Shown: positions 48,011 to 58,673, numbered from the stretch's first letter. The stretch is 64,000 bases of DNA from Patescibacteria group bacterium (GCA_038064455.1 JBBTTB010000006.1:5147-69146), one strand, 5' to 3'. The notes: a model not told the origin generated them from the letters alone. A program made the numbers and translations.

Positions 48011-49550
48011 GTTTTTGATATCCCATAATCACTGCGCATACGGCGCCGATAAGAAGCAAGGCGCGCTCATCAAACAGTGCCGCATCGGTGATAAGGTACG
48101 CCCATATCCATGGCAACATAATAAGCGCCGTAACAAGGAACGCTTGATCACGAGGCGTTGTTGCTTTTCGTAATGCGCTTATTCCCGCAAAAAGAAGGCT
48201 TGCAAGAAATGAAGTGAACGCGAGAAGCCCGAAAAGACCAATCTCGCCGGCTATATGGAGATATACGTTATGCGCAGAAGATCCCGCATCAGCAAAACGT
48301 AGCTCCTGATCGAGAATGATGGGATATTGGCCAATGCCGACTCCAAGCAGTGGGCGCTTTTCTATAGAATCCAACGTGGCTCGCCAGATGGCAATGCGCT
48401 GACTATTTGATGTCTCGCCAAAATCAATAATGGAGCGCAGACGTCTAGTGAATAACAGATCATCTCCTTTGCTTAGTAAGAATTGCGGAGAAGTGACTAT
48501 AGGCCACGCTACAAAGAATAGTGCAAAGAAAAGAATCGACGTTACGGTAACATAGCGCAGTAACGTTTGCGCTTGTCGTGAAAGGGTATGTCGTAGGAGC
48601 ACTATGAGTAATACGCCAAGCGGAACAACTCCAATGCTTGCAACCCACATGCCACGGGTTCCTGAAAGGATGACGAATAAAAAGATAACGGGAACGAATG
48701 CGACCCACATACTTACTCGAGTGCGTGCTAACCGCCTAAGTGTTTCATACGCCTGCGCAGGGATACGAGAGTGTGCAAGCGCGGCGGCCATCACCGCAGG
48801 CACAAGTGCTATGAGGACCATGGGAAATGTGTGTGAATCCGGAAGGAGTGAGAAGATACGTAGAGAAAGTTGCTCACCATAGTATGCAAACCACGTGTTT
48901 CCAACGCTCGTTACAATCTCACTCCACTGCGTACCGAATTGTCGCAACTGGACTCCCTCACCCCAGATGCGCATGAAGGCATAGATGTCCATGATATAGG
49001 TTGAAAAAAGCTGAATGCCGGCAACGCCAACAAGCAACATAGCGACCCATCGCATACACGCAAAGAGCGCGCTGCGCACCTCTTCTTTGTGTGACAAGAG
49101 TGCGATAACTCCGAGCGGAAGAAGAGCGTTCGCAAAATAGATCAAACGCTTTAATGCTATCACACTATCCCCTGCAACACTTAGCGAGAGCACCGCAATA
49201 CTAAAGAGAGCTATGAGAGACATTCCTGCCGGTGATCGCGCAAGGCCGGTAACATCTGATAGATTCTTGCGATAGGCATAAGCTCCACGCACTACAAGAA
49301 ACACTGCAAACAACCGCCACATATTGAAATTATCAAATGTTTGAGTGATCGGAAGCGCAAGTGCACACGGCACCATCCCAACGAAATAGACGGCCGCATT
49401 CTCAAGCGACATGCGCGTCATGGCAAAAAGTCCGAAGAAGAGCACAAAGAAACTCGCCTCTCGTGGCAAGAATCCTGCCATAACGGCAAGCGAGATAATC
49501 CAGCTAATCACAAGCGGCGCCCGCCACGATTGAAAGAAGTGTGAAAGCAT
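47994..49550 (-). CDS. O-antigen ligase/polymerase family membrane protein
   Basis: SGTRG, RIAIW...PLLGVGIG, AHNVYL..E.G. Confidence 0.88.
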   Translation of the reverse strand: MLSHFFQSWRAPLVISWIISLAVMAGFLPREASFFVLFFGLFAMTRMSLENAAVYFVGMVPCALALPITQTFDNFNMWRLFAVFLVVRGAYAYRKNLSDVTGLARSPAGMSLIALFSIAVLSLSVAGDSVIALKRLIYFANALLPLGVIALLSHKEEVRSALFACMRWVAMLLVGVAGIQLFSTYIMDIYAFMRIWGEGVQLRQFGTQWSEIVTSVGNTWFAYYGEQLSLRIFSLLPDSHTFPMVLIALVPAVMAAALAHSRIPAQAYETLRRLARTRVSMWVAFVPVIFLFVILSGTRGMWVASIGVVPLGVLLIVLLRHTLSRQAQTLLRYVTVTSILFFALFFVAWPIVTSPQFLLSKGDDLLFTRRLRSIIDFGETSNSQRIAIWRATLDSIEKRPLLGVGIGQYPIILDQELRFADAGSSAHNVYLHIAGEIGLFGLLAFTSFLASLLFAGISALRKATTPRDQAFLVTALIMLPWIWAYLITDAALFDERALLLIGAVCAVIMGYQKHEHRI

Positions 49551-51496
49551 TATGACAGCGTTTCTGTTATTGCGGATATCCATCGGTCAGCATGCGCACG
49601 CCATGTGTATGTCTTAGCCCGCGCACGAATGCGATCGCGAAATGCGGCATCGGTGCGTAGGGTAAGCGATTCCACCATAACTTTCCGCATTCCTTCCGAT
49701 GTGATTGGTTGTGGCACATACAGCGCATCTTCTCCAAATATTTCATGTGAAAGTGGCGTGTCAGCAACAATGGGTATCGCACCGTGGGCAGCTCCTTCAA
49801 CAGGAGGCAAACCAAACGACTCTGCATCTGACACATACACTATAGCATGAGCTTTTGCATATAATGCTTCGAGATCTTGTTCAGAAATGTGTGGCGTATA
49901 GGTGATGCGCATGCCCTGCGTCGCGAGTGCGTGCACTTTCTCGGCAATAAGCGGCGGCGTGTATTTATCGGCACCTGCAAATACGCCGCCAACATCGGGA
50001 TGCGTTACATATACTCTTTCTAATGCTTCTAACATTTCACGCACATGACGTCGCTCAAATGCTTGCCCCACCCATGCGAAGATCGGTTCCCGTGCTCCGG
50101 TGCTATACGCGCCCGTATCACGCACTGCCAGATGATTTACTATAACGTTCCGTGATGGTTGACGGAATGCTTGCGAAAGAAGTTTGGCAGAGTCGTGAGA
50201 AAGCGTCATGACGCGTGTGGCGTGGCGATATGCCCACCCCGCAAAAAGTCGGTATGCGAGACGATATTTCAGCGGAAGCGATGTTCCAAACATTTCGTAC
50301 CCAACATCAGGAGTAAGCATGACGAGAGATGCGCGAACCCACGTGAACGGCAGTATGTAGTTTGGGAAATAAAGTGCACGCACTCCATGCCAATAGGCTA
50401 AGAGGGGCATCCATATATGGTAGTGCAGATTAAATGATGCCGGGAACCACTGTGGTTTTGTTATATGGCATTGAAAGAATTCAAGGTGCTCCCACGGCCC
50501 CGGCACAATACGTGATTTAAAGTAGAGGTGGATAACAAACTTTTGCCCAAGGTGTGGTTGTTGTGCTAATTCATTGACGAGTTCGCGAGTCATGCGCGCT
50601 ACACCACCCACAGGATCTTCAAGTGACTCTGCTTCAATACCAATGTGTGCGCGCTGTGATGCTGGGTTCCCCCACACGCCTCGAAGCGCCAATGAAAGAC
50701 CGCGCAGTACACCTCGCCAGTATGCGCTTCCCATGGATGCCCCTAGCGCTCCACGCAGAAAGGCATAGATACCCCACACCACCGCGCGCATGTTGTTTCC
50801 ATATACCCACTCAACAAAGAGATAGTTGCGGGCATGCAGGGTGGCAAGGGTAGCGCTAGGTAGCGCCTTTGTTGCTGCAGATCCCTCATGAAATATGCTC
50901 GTTTCGCCAGTGCGTATTGTTATAGCCTTTTGGCGAACTCGCCACGTAAGCGCTACGTCTTCCCAATAGAGAAAAAAGCGTTCATCCCACCACCCTATCG
51001 CATCGCCACTCGTAATATGAAGAGCGCACGCCGCTCCATGTACATATGCGCGTTCATCCGTAAGCGGCGCATTGCCTCGAAGACCAACGGGCATGCCGCC
51101 TACATACGTGATGCGCCCCGAATAAACCCGCTTCCCGCCTTCCTCTATTGGGAATGCCACGAGTCCTGGCGCACCGCTAAGATCTTTCTGTATCGTTTCG
51201 CGGAATGCTGGAGAGACCCGTGTGTCACTGTTAAGAAACACAAACCATGTTGCTCCATCAGTTCGTGCGCGCACAACACCAGCATTATTTCCAGCTCCAA
51301 ATCCCCCGTTGTAGGATGCATGAACGTGCCGCGCTATTGGAATGCGAGATGCAAATTGCTCATGCTCTGCTTCGGTATATTCATTGTTATCGATAATGTA
51401 CCAATGAATATCCGTTCCCAGATGTGGCAGAAGCGACTCAGCGAGTCGTAGTATGGGCGCTTCTTTTCCAAAATGAACCGTGATAATTGCGATCAT
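49550..51496 (-). CDS. Fused GT2 + GT4 glycosyltransferase
   Basis: N half: NGGFGAGNN, LNSD, FFLYWEDV; C half: ESFGLPPVEG. Confidence 0.88.
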   Translation of the reverse strand: MIAIITVHFGKEAPILRLAESLLPHLGTDIHWYIIDNNEYTEAEHEQFASRIPIARHVHASYNGGFGAGNNAGVVRARTDGATWFVFLNSDTRVSPAFRETIQKDLSGAPGLVAFPIEEGGKRVYSGRITYVGGMPVGLRGNAPLTDERAYVHGAACALHITSGDAIGWWDERFFLYWEDVALTWRVRQKAITIRTGETSIFHEGSAATKALPSATLATLHARNYLFVEWVYGNNMRAVVWGIYAFLRGALGASMGSAYWRGVLRGLSLALRGVWGNPASQRAHIGIEAESLEDPVGGVARMTRELVNELAQQPHLGQKFVIHLYFKSRIVPGPWEHLEFFQCHITKPQWFPASFNLHYHIWMPLLAYWHGVRALYFPNYILPFTWVRASLVMLTPDVGYEMFGTSLPLKYRLAYRLFAGWAYRHATRVMTLSHDSAKLLSQAFRQPSRNVIVNHLAVRDTGAYSTGAREPIFAWVGQAFERRHVREMLEALERVYVTHPDVGGVFAGADKYTPPLIAEKVHALATQGMRITYTPHISEQDLEALYAKAHAIVYVSDAESFGLPPVEGAAHGAIPIVADTPLSHEIFGEDALYVPQPITSEGMRKVMVESLTLRTDAAFRDRIRARAKTYTWRAHADRWISAITETLS

Positions 51497-52539
51497 GATA
51501 TAAATGTCTGCCACGCTTCGCGGAACCGAGCTTCGGAGAAAAAGGCACCTCGTGCGCGGATGGCCTCTTTATTATACGTTCGTTGCTCAAAGCGTACGAG
51601 GCATTCTCCTATCGCTTCCGGGATAGCATCATCAAAGAATTCGCCAGTTACACCTTCTTCTATAATTTCAGTGGCGCCACCAGCGCGCAAAGCAAGCACG
51701 GGCGTTCCATGAGCATGTGTTTCAGCGATAGTAAGACCAAAATCTTCTTCGTTCGGCACGATGAGCGCGGTGGCATGCTCCATATACGCGCCTAGAATTG
51801 CTTCATCCACGTGCCCCATAACGTGCACGTTTGGTGTCGCTTGACGTTGTAAAGAGTGAAGTAATGGCCCTGTCCCAATAATAACAAGATCGCGCTGAAG
51901 TCGTGAAAAGAGTTCTAACAGCATGCTCACATTTTTGTATGCGTAGAGTCGTCCCACAAAAAGATAGTAGGGCTTCGAGTGCGGCATGGGAGAACCAGCG
52001 TGTGCAGATTTTACCGGAGGATAGATGATCGCCTTTGCAGTGTGTGCGTAGTATGTCTTTATGCGCTCTGCTGCCGTTCGTGAGATAGCAACCCATTCAG
52101 TGATACGCTGTGCGGCTGCGCTGTCCCACAAACGCATCAGATGACGCATAAGGCGCATGCCACGTTGTGCGTGAGTAAGATCCCACAACTGCCGCGGAGG
52201 GCTCATACAATAAGAGATGTGGCGCGTTGTACGCGGTACAATAACCCCCTTACTCACCAACCCGCTCACCGAAATGACCACATCGTACCCAGTGAAATCA
52301 AAAGATTCTATAGCGAGTGGTAAAAGCAGTGCAATGAGAGGTCGAAAGCGAAGAAAAGAAGGAATGGCGCCGATGAAACTCTCACGGATATCGGCGTGCG
52401 GAAAAGCAGCACGAACACGCGCGTGATCCGCGTAGGCAGTATATATGGGGGCATCAGGCCAGATACGGTGCAGTGCATGCACAAGCTCCTCTGATCCCGA
52501 TACCGATGTGATCCAGTCGGTAACGAGTGCAATCTTCAT
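51493..52539 (-). CDS. GT4 glycosyltransferase
   Basis: KIALVTDW, GRLYAYK, EDFGL..AE. Confidence 0.92.
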   Translation of the reverse strand: MKIALVTDWITSVSGSEELVHALHRIWPDAPIYTAYADHARVRAAFPHADIRESFIGAIPSFLRFRPLIALLLPLAIESFDFTGYDVVISVSGLVSKGVIVPRTTRHISYCMSPPRQLWDLTHAQRGMRLMRHLMRLWDSAAAQRITEWVAISRTAAERIKTYYAHTAKAIIYPPVKSAHAGSPMPHSKPYYLFVGRLYAYKNVSMLLELFSRLQRDLVIIGTGPLLHSLQRQATPNVHVMGHVDEAILGAYMEHATALIVPNEEDFGLTIAETHAHGTPVLALRAGGATEIIEEGVTGEFFDDAIPEAIGECLVRFEQRTYNKEAIRARGAFFSEARFREAWQTFIS

Positions 52540-53543
52540 GAACGCTTTGCGATGACGTTTTTCTTATAGACATCGAGATTTTCAAGCACAATGCCTGTAC
52601 CGCGTGCCACACAAAAGAGCGGATCGTCAGCAATATGTGCGGGGACACCCGTCACCTTCGTGATGAGCTGATCAATATTGCGCAACAATGCGCCGCCCCC
52701 AGAAATAGTGATGCCGCGATCCATAATATCCGAGCAGAGCTCCGGCGGTGTCACTTCAAGCACCTCTTTGATAATCTGAATCACTTCACGCAAACTTTCG
52801 CTAAGCGCATCAGTCAGTTCATTCGAACCGATTTCAATAATTTTCGGGAGACCTGAAGTAAGATCGCGCCCCTTGATGGTAATCTTTTCTTCGTTCGCCT
52901 GTTTCATAGCACTCCCAATCGCAATTTTCATGAGTTCTGCGGTGCGCTCTCCAATCGCAAGTGCATGGCGCTTCTTAATGTATTCAACAATGGCGAGATC
53001 AAATTTATTCCCACCGATGCGCACCGACGATGCGCTCACAATGCCTCCGAGTGAAATTACCGCGAGTTCTGTTGTCCCGCCACCGATATTTAAAATCATG
53101 TTCCCAATCGGACTATTGATAGGGATGCGCGCACCGATTGCCGCAAGCACCGGCTCTTTCACTAAATAAACTGCTTTTGCACCGGCATCGAGCGTTGACT
53201 CAATCACGGCACGTTTTTCCGTTGAAGTGATCCCGGCGGGGACGGAGATGAGTACTTCTGGCTTCAAAAAAGAGAAAAGCCCCCCAGCGCGCTTAATAAA
53301 GTAGCGGAGCATCGCACCAGTAATGCGATAGTCTGCAATGGCGCCATCAACGAGCGGGCGTGAAATGATAATGCTATCTGGCGTGCGCCCGATCATTTCT
53401 TTTGCCTTGTTTCCAACTGCCAGAATAGTGTTGTCGAGCACTGAAACGGCCACAACCGAAGGCTCGTTGATAACAATCCCCTTGCCGGGGACGAAGACAA
53501 CTGTGTTGGTCGTACCGAGATCTATGCCTATTTTACGTGCCAT
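52536..53543 (-). CDS. mreB: Rod shape-determining protein MreB
   Basis: [33 protein letters not shown]. Confidence 0.96.
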   Translation of the reverse strand: MARKIGIDLGTTNTVVFVPGKGIVINEPSVVAVSVLDNTILAVGNKAKEMIGRTPDSIIISRPLVDGAIADYRITGAMLRYFIKRAGGLFSFLKPEVLISVPAGITSTEKRAVIESTLDAGAKAVYLVKEPVLAAIGARIPINSPIGNMILNIGGGTTELAVISLGGIVSASSVRIGGNKFDLAIVEYIKKRHALAIGERTAELMKIAIGSAMKQANEEKITIKGRDLTSGLPKIIEIGSNELTDALSESLREVIQIIKEVLEVTPPELCSDIMDRGITISGGGALLRNIDQLITKVTGVPAHIADDPLFCVARGTGIVLENLDVYKKNVIAKRS

Positions 53544-53632
53544 AAAGCAGAGAAAGTGTAGCGTGTTATGCGGGGGTATGCAACCTGACATTTCTGGCAT
53601 TTAGTCAAGTTTTCCTGTATACTACCTTAGCT

Positions 53633-54442
53633 ATGGAAAAGCGAAAGCGCCGTATATTACTCGCTATAACCGTCCTTGTTTTTATTACAGGGACGTATTG
53701 GGCTATCATGGATGCCCAAGGATACACCTACAGCTTCTCGCAGGGGCGCTTTATTCGTACGGGAACCATTGTGCTCCGTCTTAACGAAACGGCAGATGTG
53801 CTCTTAAATGGAGAACGGAAAGGAAGCACGTCATTCCTCTCTCGCTCATTTGGTATAGAAGAATTACTTCCCGGCTCTTACACGGTAAGCACCTATCGTG
53901 ACGGCCTCTCTTCATGGAGTAAAGTTGCCTCTGTCTCCGAAGGCCTCATTACAGAATTTCCACACGTGCTCATGCTCCCTACAGATGAAGCGCGCATCGA
54001 ACTTCTTCGCTCACGCCTTGAATTAGATATGGCGGAACCGGCGCTCTTGCCCCTTCCCTCTCCTCATCCTCGTCAAACTCCTGTAGTGAGTCCCGTCCCA
54101 GATTCAACGCTCGCGTGGCGTAGCGATACGCTCATGCTTATTCAGAAAGATGGCACGCGCACTGATATCGTGAAGAACCCCACAGGCGCACGCCTTTCAG
54201 CGCGCCAAGATCGCTTGCTATGGTGGAGTGGCCGCGATCTCTGGGTGATGTGGCTTACACCGAACGGCACACAGCCTTTCTATCCTCAAGGGTACATAGA
54301 ACGTATTTTCCGTGCTTCACGTCCCATTACCAATGCAATGTGGTTTGATGAAAACGCTACGCACATCGCTTTTAACGAGGGCGCAGGTATTCGCATCATC
54401 GAAATCGATACTCGCGGTGGAGTAAACATCATTCGCTTATAA
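53633..54442 (+). CDS. PEGA-domain membrane-anchored protein
   Basis: N-terminal TM, TGTI, LLPGSYTV...G...WSK. Confidence 0.75.
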   Translation: MEKRKRRILLAITVLVFITGTYWAIMDAQGYTYSFSQGRFIRTGTIVLRLNETADVLLNGERKGSTSFLSRSFGIEELLPGSYTVSTYRDGLSSWSKVASVSEGLITEFPHVLMLPTDEARIELLRSRLELDMAEPALLPLPSPHPRQTPVVSPVPDSTLAWRSDTLMLIQKDGTRTDIVKNPTGARLSARQDRLLWWSGRDLWVMWLTPNGTQPFYPQGYIERIFRASRPITNAMWFDENATHIAFNEGAGIRIIEIDTRGGVNIIRL

Positions 54443-54474
54443 AAAAGCGTCCCCGTGAGAGCGGACGCTCTTTT
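54441..54474. terminator. Bidirectional terminator
   Basis: aaaaaagcgtcc...ggacgctctttt. Confidence 0.75.
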
Positions 54475-54481
54475 GGGGACA

Positions 54482-54853
54482 TTACGTATGGTCCAGACGG
54501 TTTTCCAGAAATTCGAAAATGGCAGCTGGGACCACCCGGGCGATTCTTTTTCGAATCTCGCGCCGCATATGCCGCTTGACCTCTACTTCACCCCACACGG
54601 GCGGCCGCGCATTGAGATCTGAGAGAAGCCAGCAGTGTGGGGCACCGTGGGCATCTTCTCTCGCGATAGGGACAAGTCCTAGGACCTCCTCGACAGTCCC
54701 TCCGGGACGAAGTTGGCTCAACACAGTCGCAAGCTCCGATCTTTCGAGAATCACCGAGCACGCCTCCGCCCCCCATCGAACGCAGAAAAGTAGCTGAAGA
54801 CGCACCTCCCCACTCTCTCTCGTGATAAAGCCGAACTGTTCGCTAGCCTTCAT
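54482..54853 (-). CDS. Hypothetical protein (orphan)
   Basis: TTGACA-17 nt-TAGTCT promoter (54925-54897); AAGGAG SD. Confidence 0.7.
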   Translation of the reverse strand: MKASEQFGFITRESGEVRLQLLFCVRWGAEACSVILERSELATVLSQLRPGGTVEEVLGLVPIAREDAHGAPHCWLLSDLNARPPVWGEVEVKRHMRREIRKRIARVVPAAIFEFLENRLDHT

Positions 54854-54930
54854 CTGCCTTATCTCCTTTATCTGCCTCTAGTGAGAGGCGGCGCTAAGAC
54901 TACATCTTTTATTACTGTTTGTCAATAAAC

Positions 54931-54956
54931 CAAAACGCCCCGTGAAGGGCGTTTTG
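54931..54956 (-). terminator. Terminator after rpsI
   Basis: caaaacgccc...gggcgttttg. Confidence 0.85.
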
Positions 54957-54963
54957 TGTGAGA

Positions 54964-55494
54964 TTAACGCTTTGACCACTGCGGTGACTTGCGTGCTTTC
55001 TTGAGACCATACTTACGGCGTTCCTTCATACGTGGGTCGCGAGTGAGGTAGCCCGCTTTCTTGAGCTTCTTGCGGAAGTTCGTATCAAACTGCTCAAGTG
55101 CACGAGAGATACCGTGGCGGATTGCTTCTGCTTGGCCAGCGATACCACCGCCATTCACTAATGCGGTAACCTTGAAACGTGCGAGTGACTTTAGCTTGCG
55201 GAGAGGTGCCTCAACGTGGAGCCACAATGATTTATCCGAAAAATACTCCGTATAGTCTTTGCCGTTGACCACAACGAGTGCGCGGTCTTCTTTCAGCGCA
55301 TCAGTAGATTTGCGCGTAAAGAGACGCACGCGAGCAACTGCGTTCTTGCGACGTCCTACGGATTCAAAATACTTTTCTTTGGTGCCAAGCTCCTTATCAC
55401 TCTCTTCAAGAGAAGGAAGCGTAGGCTCGTCAGTGTCTTCATCAGGCACTGCGATTCCGAGAACATCTAATGGTTGTGTGTCGTTCTGTTGCAT
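54964..55494 (-). CDS. rpsI: 30S ribosomal protein S9 with acidic N-terminal extension
   Basis: GRRKNAVARV, GGGIAGQ, RDPRMKERRKYG, QWSKR. Confidence 0.97.
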   Translation of the reverse strand: MQQNDTQPLDVLGIAVPDEDTDEPTLPSLEESDKELGTKEKYFESVGRRKNAVARVRLFTRKSTDALKEDRALVVVNGKDYTEYFSDKSLWLHVEAPLRKLKSLARFKVTALVNGGGIAGQAEAIRHGISRALEQFDTNFRKKLKKAGYLTRDPRMKERRKYGLKKARKSPQWSKR

Positions 55495-55503
55495 GCGATA
55501 AAA

Positions 55504-55860
55504 TTAGGCAAACACTAAACGCAGGATCATGCGAGCGCGGAGCGTGTTATCTGGGAGCATACTGCGGACCATGCGGCGCAGGACTTCTTTTGGCTTCTTC
55601 TCCCACAGTGAACCGAGCGTACGCGAGTTAAGACCGCCTGGATAGCCAGAGAAGCGGTAGATTTGCTTCTGTTCGAGTTTGTTGCCAGTAAAGACAACTT
55701 TGTCTAAGTTGAGGATGCGTACCGAGATTTCTGGATCCACGGAAGGATTATAGGTAACGAGATGCTTGCCGCGGAGCAATGTTGCGATACGCGTAGCAGC
55801 GCGACCAATAGATTGGCCTGCCATGTCGATCTCAACGATGTTTTTAGGTGTGGCAGTCAT
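55504..55860 (-). CDS. rplM: 50S ribosomal protein L13 (short)
   Basis: GRAAT.IA..LRGKH, SGYPGGL, MLP.N.LR. Confidence 0.93.
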   Translation of the reverse strand: MTATPKNIVEIDMAGQSIGRAATRIATLLRGKHLVTYNPSVDPEISVRILNLDKVVFTGNKLEQKQIYRFSGYPGGLNSRTLGSLWEKKPKEVLRRMVRSMLPDNTLRARMILRLVFA

Positions 55861-55861
55861 A

Positions 55862-56215
55862 TTATGCAACAAATTCAATGCGAACCATCGGTGAACCATC
55901 AGAGGGACGCTGGCTAAGCGGAACGAGACGTGTGTATCCACCTGGGCGAGATGCGAAGCGTACCGAGATATCCTTCACGAGCTTCTCCGATGCCTTCTTA
56001 CCAACGCGAGTCATAAGCTCACGACGTGCGGCCACAGTACCCTTTTTCCCCAAGGTGACCAGCTTTGCCACCGTTGACGTGAGCGTCTTTGCGCGAGCGG
56101 TGGTTGTGGCAATGTAACCATGCTCGATCAGTGCAGTCGCAAGAGAGCGCAATAAGGCAGCGCGTTGATTACGTTCCCGTCCAAATTTTCGTAGGTTGCC
56201 TCGTTTCATGTGCAA
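55862..56215 (-). CDS. rplQ: 50S ribosomal protein L17
   Basis: RKFGR, TT.ARAK, RPGGYTR, DGSPM. Confidence 0.96.
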   Translation of the reverse strand: MHMKRGNLRKFGRERNQRAALLRSLATALIEHGYIATTTARAKTLTSTVAKLVTLGKKGTVAARRELMTRVGKKASEKLVKDISVRFASRPGGYTRLVPLSQRPSDGSPMVRIEFVA

Positions 56216-56218
56216 TAA

Positions 56219-56965
56219 TTATGCTTCCTTTTCCTTCTTTTTGCTGCTCTTTACGACTGGAGCGTCTTGGGATACTACATCAGGGACCTCAATCTTGGCA
56301 AGGGAAGTGAAGTGATCCGCAAGAATTTCAGAAGCATTGCGGAGCGCCGCTTCTGGAGTAAGGGTGCCATCGGTGACGATTTCCATGGTTACCTTGTTAA
56401 AGTCGATACGATCGCCAACGCGAATGTCATCGATGCGGAAGTTCACCAATTTCACTGGCGAGAAGATAGCATCAACGGCAATGACGCCAATAGGAAGCTT
56501 CTCTTTCTGGCGCTGCTCTGTAGGAACATAGCCGACACCACGCTCAACCGTGAGCTCCATGCTTACCGAAGCTTTCTTATCGGTGATAGTAAGAATTGGC
56601 TGTTCTGGGTTGATCACTTCAACATCCGCAGGAAGTTTCATGTCACCAGCAGTAACAACTTTCTCGCCCTTAGATTCAAGCACAAGAGTCACGGGACCGT
56701 CAGCAAATGAGCGCAAACGAATTTTCTTTACATTCAAAATAATCTGGATTGCGTCTTCAAGAACGTGGTCAATAGAAGAGAATTCGTGGTCAACACCCTG
56801 GATCTTAATAGAAGTAACCGCCGCACCCTGCAATGAAGAAAGCAATACGCGGCGCAATGGGTTTGCAACCGTTGCGCCATACCCTGGCATGAGAGGACCA
56901 ACCTCGAAAACGCCGCGGGTGTTGCTGCGTTCGATCGTGGTGATTGTGTAAGGAGTTTGAATCAT
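56219..56965 (-). CDS. rpoA: RNA polymerase alpha subunit lacking the alphaCTD
   Basis: PLMPGYGATVANPLRRVLLSS, HEFS, GVGYVP, DAIFSPV; ends at 248 aa. Confidence 0.95.
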   Translation of the reverse strand: MIQTPYTITTIERSNTRGVFEVGPLMPGYGATVANPLRRVLLSSLQGAAVTSIKIQGVDHEFSSIDHVLEDAIQIILNVKKIRLRSFADGPVTLVLESKGEKVVTAGDMKLPADVEVINPEQPILTITDKKASVSMELTVERGVGYVPTEQRQKEKLPIGVIAVDAIFSPVKLVNFRIDDIRVGDRIDFNKVTMEIVTDGTLTPEAALRNASEILADHFTSLAKIEVPDVVSQDAPVVKSSKKKEKEA

Positions 56966-57049
56966 ACGGGTGTGCGTCGTGGTGTTATGGTGAGCGGTCA
57001 GGAGGATTCGTGTCGGGAGCGCTCATATAACTACGCGATGCAACAGAAA

Positions 57050-57688
57050 TTATCGTGAATAATATTCAATAATTGCCTGCAAATCATCAACTTTCAAACC
57101 ACTGGCATCCATCTTCGGAATGGTGGTTACCGTTGCGGTCATTGTCTGCTTATCAAGCACCATCCATGCCGGAGCTTCATAGTTTGCAAGCCACTGCGGC
57201 ATAAGACTCCCCATGAACACATTCTTCTTGCTGCCTTCGCGGATACCAAGGACGTCGCCTTGCGAGACGCGGAATGAGGGGATGTTAACTTTGCGGCCAT
57301 TCACCGTAATGTGGCCGTGGCTTACGAGCTGACGTGCTTGGTCGCGAGATTGAGCGAAACCCATGCGGAAGACAGAGTTGTCTAGACGCGTTTCAAGTGC
57401 GGCGATCATTGCGTCATATGGATCTGTCTTTTCAGTAAGGGCGCGCTGGATGATGCTCTTAAACTGCTTTTCCATGAGACGATACGTCTTACGCACCTTC
57501 TGCTTCGAACGAAGCTGGAGGCCGAACTCTGAAACCTTTCCAAAGTTACCTGTTTTCCCGTGTACACCAGGTGGGTATGGACGACGCACCATCGCTGATT
57601 TCTGCGAGTGAGAACGCTCACCTTTCAAGGCAAGCTTTTCTCCTAAGCGACGCTCAATTTTCTCTCGTGGTCCAAGATATCGTGCCAT
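57050..57688 (-). CDS. rpsD: 30S ribosomal protein S4
   Basis: PGVHG, LETRLDN, ARQLVSHGH, IIEYYSR. Confidence 0.97.
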   Translation of the reverse strand: MARYLGPREKIERRLGEKLALKGERSHSQKSAMVRRPYPPGVHGKTGNFGKVSEFGLQLRSKQKVRKTYRLMEKQFKSIIQRALTEKTDPYDAMIAALETRLDNSVFRMGFAQSRDQARQLVSHGHITVNGRKVNIPSFRVSQGDVLGIREGSKKNVFMGSLMPQWLANYEAPAWMVLDKQTMTATVTTIPKMDASGLKVDDLQAIIEYYSR

Positions 57689-57700
57689 AGTATGTAATGA

Positions 57701-58138
57701 TTAGATGCGACGTGGCTTACGAGCGCGGACACCATTGTGTGCAACGGGTGTGCGATCAAGCAATGAAAGAATGTGCAGCCCACTCGATGCGATTCCGCGA
57801 ATAGCAGATTCGCGAGCTGGGCCTACGCCACGAACAACGATCTTTAAGTTTGCAACGCCGTACTTCTTTGATTTTTCAAGACAGTCCTTTGCCACCAAGT
57901 TCGCAGCATACGGAGTTGATTTCTTCGTACCTTTGAATCCAAGAAGCCCAGAGGAACACCAGGACAGCACGTTTCCCTTCATGTCAGCGATAGAGATGAT
58001 CGTGTTGTTATACGAAATGGAAATATTAGCGATGCCATTCAGTACTTGACGCTTCGCACCACGGCGTGCAGGAGCCGCGGCACCTGGTGTCGCGGAAACT
58101 TCAGTATCAACTTTTGTAACAATTTTCTTCTTTCCCAT
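57701..58138 (-). CDS. rpsK: 30S ribosomal protein S11
   Basis: SYNNTI, KKSTPYAA, TPVAHNG. Confidence 0.97.
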   Translation of the reverse strand: MGKKKIVTKVDTEVSATPGAAAPARRGAKRQVLNGIANISISYNNTIISIADMKGNVLSWCSSGLLGFKGTKKSTPYAANLVAKDCLEKSKKYGVANLKIVVRGVGPARESAIRGIASSGLHILSLLDRTPVAHNGVRARKPRRI

Positions 58139-58143
58139 ATGAA

Positions 58144-58530
58144 TTAGGTCTTTTGGTTTGCATCCTTGCGGCCAGAACCCATGGTCTTACGAACGTTGCC
58201 ACGTGTCGTGCGTGAGTTGCGGCGAGTGTTGCCCTTTAATGGCAGGCGGCGAGCCAAACGGCTTCCATGAAGAGTGCCGATATCTTTATATCGCTTAATG
58301 TTCTGTCCGATTTCTTTACGAAGATCGCCTTCGAGTTTATGGTCACGCTCAAGAATCTTCTGAATACGGTTGAGTTCATCAGCGCTCAATTCTTGCGCAC
58401 GCTTGTCGCCATCAACCTTTGCCTCAACGAGAACCTTCTTACTTGTTGCCAAACCTACGCCATATAAATACTGAAGGGCGTAGAGCACTTTCTTATTATC
58501 AGGAATTTGGACACCAAAAATACGAGGCAT
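58144..58530 (-). CDS. rpsM: 30S ribosomal protein S13
   Basis: MPRIFGV.IP, YGVG, EGDLR. Confidence 0.95.
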   Translation of the reverse strand: MPRIFGVQIPDNKKVLYALQYLYGVGLATSKKVLVEAKVDGDKRAQELSADELNRIQKILERDHKLEGDLRKEIGQNIKRYKDIGTLHGSRLARRLPLKGNTRRNSRTTRGNVRKTMGSGRKDANQKT

Positions 58531-58534
58531 AATC

Positions 58535-58648
58535 TTAACCTTGACGCTGTTTATGCTTTGGATTCGAGCAAATGCAATAGATGCGCTTCTTGCGGCGCAC
58601 AAGCTTACACTTATTACACATAGGGCGGACAGAAGCTCGTACCTTCAT
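58535..58648 (-). CDS. rpmJ: 50S ribosomal protein L36 (Zn-binding form), absent from the ORF track
   Basis: [37 protein letters not shown]. Confidence 0.97.
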   Translation of the reverse strand: MKVRASVRPMCNKCKLVRRKKRIYCICSNPKHKQRQG

Positions 58649-58673
58649 AACAATCGTTTAAATATAGTAATGA

